Source: Thermoproteota archaeon (GTDB taxonomy: Archaea > Thermoproteota > Methanomethylicia > Culexarchaeales > Culexarchaeaceae). Taken from it: DNA of 64,000 nucleotides. The notes under the pieces were generated by a model that was not told the origin of the DNA, ran no database searches, and was given only the letters and a program-made list of their open reading frames with translations. A program made the position numbers and the translations under genes. The first letter of the stretch is position 1, and each line of letters begins with the position of its first letter. The DNA lies in the NCBI GenBank assembly GCA_020833005.1, contig JAJHRD010000002.1:70287-134286 (forward strand), in the 5' to 3' direction. Below, in pieces: positions 59,413 to 64,000 of the stretch.

Positions 59413-61104
59413 TTAAAGCCATTTCGCTGTTAAATCATCCTTGAACGTTTTCACTTTGACACCTTTAAGAGGGAAAGTTGGTTGGCAATGGGTAAACTCC
59501 AAAATAGATACTGGCATTTCAATGTTAAAATTAATTAAAACTTTTGGATGAATTTCACCTATTAAGCCAATGCATCTATTTTTAACTTTCACAACAGCAA
59601 CTCTGCCACTTATAAATGATGGATGATTATACTGTTCTAGGGATGCCTCGACTCCAAGCCCATCCATTAATGACGTCAAAACTTCCTTAGCATCTGTAAA
59701 TGTAGCCCTTGAGGCTGAAATAGCAATGGCAGTATTTCTCTGAACATAAATGTCATCTTCCGACGGTATTGCCACATACCCTATTTCAAATATTTTTTGA
59801 GGATAAGCAGAATGTTTATTTTGTGAAAGGAAGCGTAGTAGATTCGGAGTTATCCAAAATCTATAACAATTGTACTCTTCACTAACTGGATTCACTAATC
59901 TCAATACATTTGCATTAGTGATATTCATTAGAGTTGTTTGATTAGCAATATTTGTTAATGTGAAGGTCATTACCTCCTGAAAGCCCATTCCAATGAGTAT
60001 TCCTCTGATTTTTCCTTCTAAAACTTCTATCAATGATGGTTTCCCAACAGTCATTATTGATGGGAGTTCGGGAGTTATATTCTCATATCCATAAGAGATC
60101 AGCATATCCTCAATAATATCAACGGGATGAAGAATGTCAACTCTATATGGGGGTATAATGACCTTGACCTCTCCATGATTTACCACTTCAGCTCCATAAC
60201 CCATTCTCCTCAATAGTGTTAAAGCTTCATTTAGGTTTATCCTCAAACCAGTAAGTTTATTGAACATCTCAACATTGACGTACATTTGTTTAGGCGTTAA
60301 ATCGGGGGTTATTTTGCTAAAATTGGGATATTTAATGGAAACTCTTTCCACAATGCCGCCTCTCTCAAGAATGTTACAGACAAGCACATTTAATGTTTGT
60401 TCAACAGCTTTCTCATCGGTTCCAGTCAATTCTATAAATAGATTCTTCGTAGATTCATTTACTCTAGTACGTGCTCCATTTATTATAGGAGGAAAGCTGA
60501 AAATACCTTTCCCATCAATGTATACTGGATAAGTCCCCTTTACAAGTGCAGAATAAGCTTTACCCTTAGGATGCTTAACCAATATTTCTTTAAGAGACAG
60601 CTCCTCCTCCATATCCAATGGAACCATCTTTTCATCCCCACTCACTTCAGTATATATTATTGGTGGCGTTATTTTGTCATAATCATGTATTCCTATAGCA
60701 ACCTTCCTTCTATTCCTACCTAAAGTTATATGTAAAGCCTCTTGCATGTTCATTAAACTCTTTATGAAAGCACTGTCAATAGTTAAATTTCTAATTATTG
60801 CGCACGCTATATATGGGCGTGTCTGAGCATCTTTAACGTAAACCTCCACGCAAGGTTTATTTGAAGACAAGAGAGCATATGTAGTGCAACTTAACTCGAT
60901 TTCAAAGAAGTTTCTTATAGCTCTGGATAACCCCTCAACGCTTAAGAGATCGGGGCGATCAGGCTCAAGTTCAACTATGACCTCTTCCCCCTCAACGTTT
61001 TTAATTTCCCCCTTAAATTGCCGTATAGCATAAAATATCTTTTCAACACTTTCCACACGACTAAACTTCATTAAATCATTTATATTGAAACTTAAGGTGG
61101 GCAT
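59413..61104 (-). CDS. pheT: Phenylalanine--tRNA ligase beta subunit
   Basis: 563 aa, archaeal PheT domain order (B3/4, B5, catalytic-like). Abuts pheS with a 1-nt spacer. Confidence 0.85.
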   Translation of the reverse strand: MPTLSFNINDLMKFSRVESVEKIFYAIRQFKGEIKNVEGEEVIVELEPDRPDLLSVEGLSRAIRNFFEIELSCTTYALLSSNKPCVEVYVKDAQTRPYIACAIIRNLTIDSAFIKSLMNMQEALHITLGRNRRKVAIGIHDYDKITPPIIYTEVSGDEKMVPLDMEEELSLKEILVKHPKGKAYSALVKGTYPVYIDGKGIFSFPPIINGARTRVNESTKNLFIELTGTDEKAVEQTLNVLVCNILERGGIVERVSIKYPNFSKITPDLTPKQMYVNVEMFNKLTGLRINLNEALTLLRRMGYGAEVVNHGEVKVIIPPYRVDILHPVDIIEDMLISYGYENITPELPSIMTVGKPSLIEVLEGKIRGILIGMGFQEVMTFTLTNIANQTTLMNITNANVLRLVNPVSEEYNCYRFWITPNLLRFLSQNKHSAYPQKIFEIGYVAIPSEDDIYVQRNTAIAISASRATFTDAKEVLTSLMDGLGVEASLEQYNHPSFISGRVAVVKVKNRCIGLIGEIHPKVLINFNIEMPVSILEFTHCQPTFPLKGVKVKTFKDDLTAKWL

Positions 61105-62712
61105 TTAGACCCCCCACAATGTTGGAATCCTCTTTGATCTTAGCCAATCTAAGTCATTGGAGAAAAGTAGTCGTATATCTTCTATCCCGAGAGCCACCAT
61201 AGCCAATCTATCTATCCCAAGTCCCCAAGCAAGAACTGTAGCTTTAATTCCAAGTGGGTACGTGACTTCAGGTCTGAAAATCCCTGCAGGTAATGCTTCA
61301 ATCCAACCCAATTTATCATGTTTAATGTACCCAACAACACTGGGTTCCGTGAATGGGAAATATGCTGGCTGAAATTTAACCTCCTTTATGCCAAAGGCTT
61401 CCGCAATAGTTTTTAAGAAGCCCAGCAAATGTTTAAAATTAACATCATATGATACAACTATACCCTCACACTGATTAAATTCCATTAAATGAGTTGCATC
61501 GATTTTATCAGGCCTATAATTTCTGTCAATCGTAAATATCTTCTTCGGCAAATCAGAGTCACTTAACTGAGATAAACAACGCACAGATACTGCTGTAGTC
61601 TGACTCCTCAATATACGTTTTAAAGCGAGTTCAGGATCCCAGTAACCCCAGCCTTTCGAACCAGTTTCCCAGCCGTTTTCATGAGTAGCTTTAACACGCT
61701 CCCATATTTCCCTCTCGCAGACTTTATCTAAATTCATCCGTTTATAATCAACATAGAAGACATCATGTATATCTCTTGCAGGATGATCTGAGGGCATGAA
61801 GAGGGCATCTGTATTCCAGAAGTTGACTTCTATTGGTGGACTAGTAACCTCTTCAAATCCCAATCCTATAAGTATTTCTCGAATTTCATCTATTATCTCC
61901 CTATATGGATGCTTCTTCCCAAAAATAAGTTTCTTTACAGGAGCGGAGACATCATAAGGTCTAAAGTAAAGATTAGACCACTCCCCAGAAACTATAATGT
62001 CCCTTGTAAGTTCATTAACTATTTTTATGTTTTTAATGTCCAATACATTACGAATTGAGAAAAGCTCCTTAATCATACTCAAAGCTTTTAAGCCAACTTG
62101 AGTTAATGAGGCTTTAACTTCCTTTACACTTCTATCCTTAATAATCCTCCCTCTCTTCCTCAGAGATCCCAGCAAAACAAGGTCTTCCTCAGAAAGTGGA
62201 AAGCCATTATTAATTTTACTTAATAGTATGTATGGAGGATAATTGTTTAGTAGGTCGGTAGCATTTTCAACCTTCAATTTTACAAGTCTATTTCCATTCA
62301 CTTTTTCAATAGAAATCCAACCCAATTTCACAGCCCAACTTAATCCTATCTTTAATTCAGCTTCACTCAATTGAAGATCTTCAATTAAAGATGCACCACC
62401 ATGCTCAATCAATTTCTTGATAACCCGTTGCTCTGGAAATAGTTGCTCTAAGTATTCCTCTCCTTCCACATCCAATTCATATGTGGATATAAGAACTTCT
62501 TCTACTGATATTAGATTCTTGACCTTTAGAGATTCAAAAGCCCATAACACAGAGTCCACTGATAACCCAGTTTTCTCAGAAACATCTTTTAATGTATGGG
62601 AAGTCTCTAAGGCAATCAAAACCTTCATTTCAATTGGATGAAGCATCCCTATGATTTTTTGAAGAAGATCTATTGAAATTGGAGCTCCATTACTCCCTCC
62701 CATATTACACAT
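61105..62712 (-). CDS. pheS: Phenylalanine--tRNA ligase alpha subunit
   Basis: Class II core (FRPE...FPFTEPS, GLGIDRLAM). N-terminal winged-helix extension. The true start may be a downstream ATG. Confidence 0.85.
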   Translation of the reverse strand: MCNMGGSNGAPISIDLLQKIIGMLHPIEMKVLIALETSHTLKDVSEKTGLSVDSVLWAFESLKVKNLISVEEVLISTYELDVEGEEYLEQLFPEQRVIKKLIEHGGASLIEDLQLSEAELKIGLSWAVKLGWISIEKVNGNRLVKLKVENATDLLNNYPPYILLSKINNGFPLSEEDLVLLGSLRKRGRIIKDRSVKEVKASLTQVGLKALSMIKELFSIRNVLDIKNIKIVNELTRDIIVSGEWSNLYFRPYDVSAPVKKLIFGKKHPYREIIDEIREILIGLGFEEVTSPPIEVNFWNTDALFMPSDHPARDIHDVFYVDYKRMNLDKVCEREIWERVKATHENGWETGSKGWGYWDPELALKRILRSQTTAVSVRCLSQLSDSDLPKKIFTIDRNYRPDKIDATHLMEFNQCEGIVVSYDVNFKHLLGFLKTIAEAFGIKEVKFQPAYFPFTEPSVVGYIKHDKLGWIEALPAGIFRPEVTYPLGIKATVLAWGLGIDRLAMVALGIEDIRLLFSNDLDWLRSKRIPTLWGV

Positions 62713-62825
62713 TTTAACTCTCCTTTTATATATTTATTCATTAACAGTCTTCCTAGTTTATAAGGTTTTAAGTACAATACGTAAACAAAATTCTTAAATA
62801 GAATTTACAATAGGGAAATTATATC

Positions 62826-63704
62826 ATGGAGATAAAAGGGATATATGTACCACATGTCACACCATTCAAACATGATGGGGAAATAGATAGAGAAGCTCTG
62901 AAAAAATGCATAGAGTTTTGGATCAATAGTGGAGTTAACGGCCTTGTAACATTAGGTAGTAATGGGGAATTCCCATACTTAACCTATGAGGAGAAGATAT
63001 CTGTAGTGAAAGATGTAATTGACTATGTTAATGGAAGAGTGAAGGTCATAGTGGGAACAGGAGCGCCGAGTACATATGAAACAATAAAATTCTCTAAAGA
63101 GATTTTAGATTTAGGGGGAGTGGATGCACTAATAATAGTTACACCCTACTACTTCCCACTATCATCAAATGAATTAATAGCCCATTATTCAGAAGTACTA
63201 AGTAAAGTGGATGCACCAATACTACTATATGATGTACCAAAATTCACTGGATATAGCATGGATGTAAGTGTAGTGGAAAAACTTGTAAAAGAGTACAGCA
63301 ATATTATAGGTATAAAGGATAGTACTGGAAACATGCTTCACATATCAGAAACCATAAGAACCGTGGGGGACAAAATTAGCGTATTGTCTGGGACTGCCGA
63401 ATTTATATTGCCAACATTAATGCTTGGAGGGAAAGGAGCAATAGTAGCTGTAGCGAATTTCATACCAGAACTCACAGTGAAACTCTATAATGACTTCATT
63501 ATGAAAAGATATGGAGAAGCTGCAAAAATCCAATTGAAAATAAATGCCATATGGAATGCTCTTAGAAAATTCAATCAGCTTTCAGCAGTAAAAGCCTGCA
63601 TGAATATAAGGAATATTAATGCAGGATATCCAAGAAGACCATCACTACCATTAAATGACAATGAAATGAACTATGTAAGAGAAATACTATCAAAGTACTT
63701 GTGA
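62826..63704 (+). CDS. DHDPS/NAL-family class I aldolase (dihydrodipicolinate synthase or KD(P)G-aldolase-like)
   Basis: 292 aa. GTTGE-like N-terminus (VTLGSNGEFPYLTYEEK), Schiff-base Lys region (IIGIKDSTGN) and TIM barrel. Substrate not assignable from sequence. Confidence 0.7.
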   Translation: MEIKGIYVPHVTPFKHDGEIDREALKKCIEFWINSGVNGLVTLGSNGEFPYLTYEEKISVVKDVIDYVNGRVKVIVGTGAPSTYETIKFSKEILDLGGVDALIIVTPYYFPLSSNELIAHYSEVLSKVDAPILLYDVPKFTGYSMDVSVVEKLVKEYSNIIGIKDSTGNMLHISETIRTVGDKISVLSGTAEFILPTLMLGGKGAIVAVANFIPELTVKLYNDFIMKRYGEAAKIQLKINAIWNALRKFNQLSAVKACMNIRNINAGYPRRPSLPLNDNEMNYVREILSKYL

Positions 63705-63764
63705 AGAGTAAAACTTATTTAAATTTTATTCCTAAATAGATGATTGAATTGGTGATTGCCGAAG

Positions 63765-64000
63765 ATGGAGGAAAATGAGCAAAGTAAAAATATTGCTGAA
63801 TTGAAGGAAAGAGCTCAGAAGATTTTATCATTGCTAAAGCATGCATATCCAGATGTAAAGGGGACTGAACTGAATTTTAGCAATGCATGGGAATTGTTAG
63901 TTGCAACAGTATTAGCCGCACAAACACCAGATGCTAGAGTAAATGAAGTAACAAAAGTATTATTTCAAAGATATAGGTCAATAAAAGATTACGCTAAAGC
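63765..64000 (+). CDS. nth: Endonuclease III (Nth), 5' portion running off the window end
   Basis: MEENEQSKNIAELKERAQKILSLLKHAYPDVKGTELNFSNAWELLVATVLAAQTPDARVNEV... matches the HhH-GPD N-terminus of Nth. No stop before the window end. Confidence 0.7.
   Translation, partial: MEENEQSKNIAELKERAQKILSLLKHAYPDVKGTELNFSNAWELLVATVLAAQTPDARVNEVTKVLFQRYRSIKDYAK

Overview
This is an AT-rich (roughly 35-40% GC) archaeal chromosomal segment. The gene content points to a crenarchaeote (Thermoprotei-type): unsplit rpoB, Nop5/fibrillarin, S30e/L39e/LX, Orc1/Cdc6, and intron-bearing tRNAs with GC-rich stems. The window is coding-dense and mostly core information-processing genes. Conserved blocks are rps8e-srp19-gar1-tfb-rlmE, trm1-THEP1-rnhB, fibrillarin-nop5, and pyrD-pyrK-rps30e. 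A long translation/ribosome cluster follows: nep1, RNase P Rpr2, CRS1/YhbY-like, S19e, PDCD5-like, L39e, L31e, aIF6, LX, prefoldin-alpha, ftsY, argF, secE, spt5, L11, L1, P0, L12, alaS. The RNA polymerase block rpoH-rpoB-rpoA'-rpoA''-L30e-nusA is present. It is followed by an unusual arrangement in which a hexapeptide acyltransferase is inserted and S12 plus a four-gene pyruvate:ferredoxin oxidoreductase operon are inverted. S7-EF1alpha-S10 then resume on the + strand. Eleven tRNA genes are present; tRNA-Leu(CAG) and tRNA-Ser(GCT) carry anticodon-loop introns. Accessory-like content includes an orphan C5 DNA methyltransferase translationally coupled to a SPOUT-like knot protein in a tRNA-rich stretch. 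Other accessory-like genes are an orphan HypE, a NikR-like regulator, an AsnA-like aaRS paralog, a DUF434/NYN-like protein, arsC-like, carAB, pheST, a DHDPS-family aldolase and a partial nth. Genes missed by the ORF track were recovered by eye: S30e, L39e, a small 4xCxxC zinc-ribbon ORF and the 5' part of nth. No CRISPR array, transposase or integrase was seen. A candidate C/D box sRNA and a candidate replication origin beside orc1/cdc6 are proposed.
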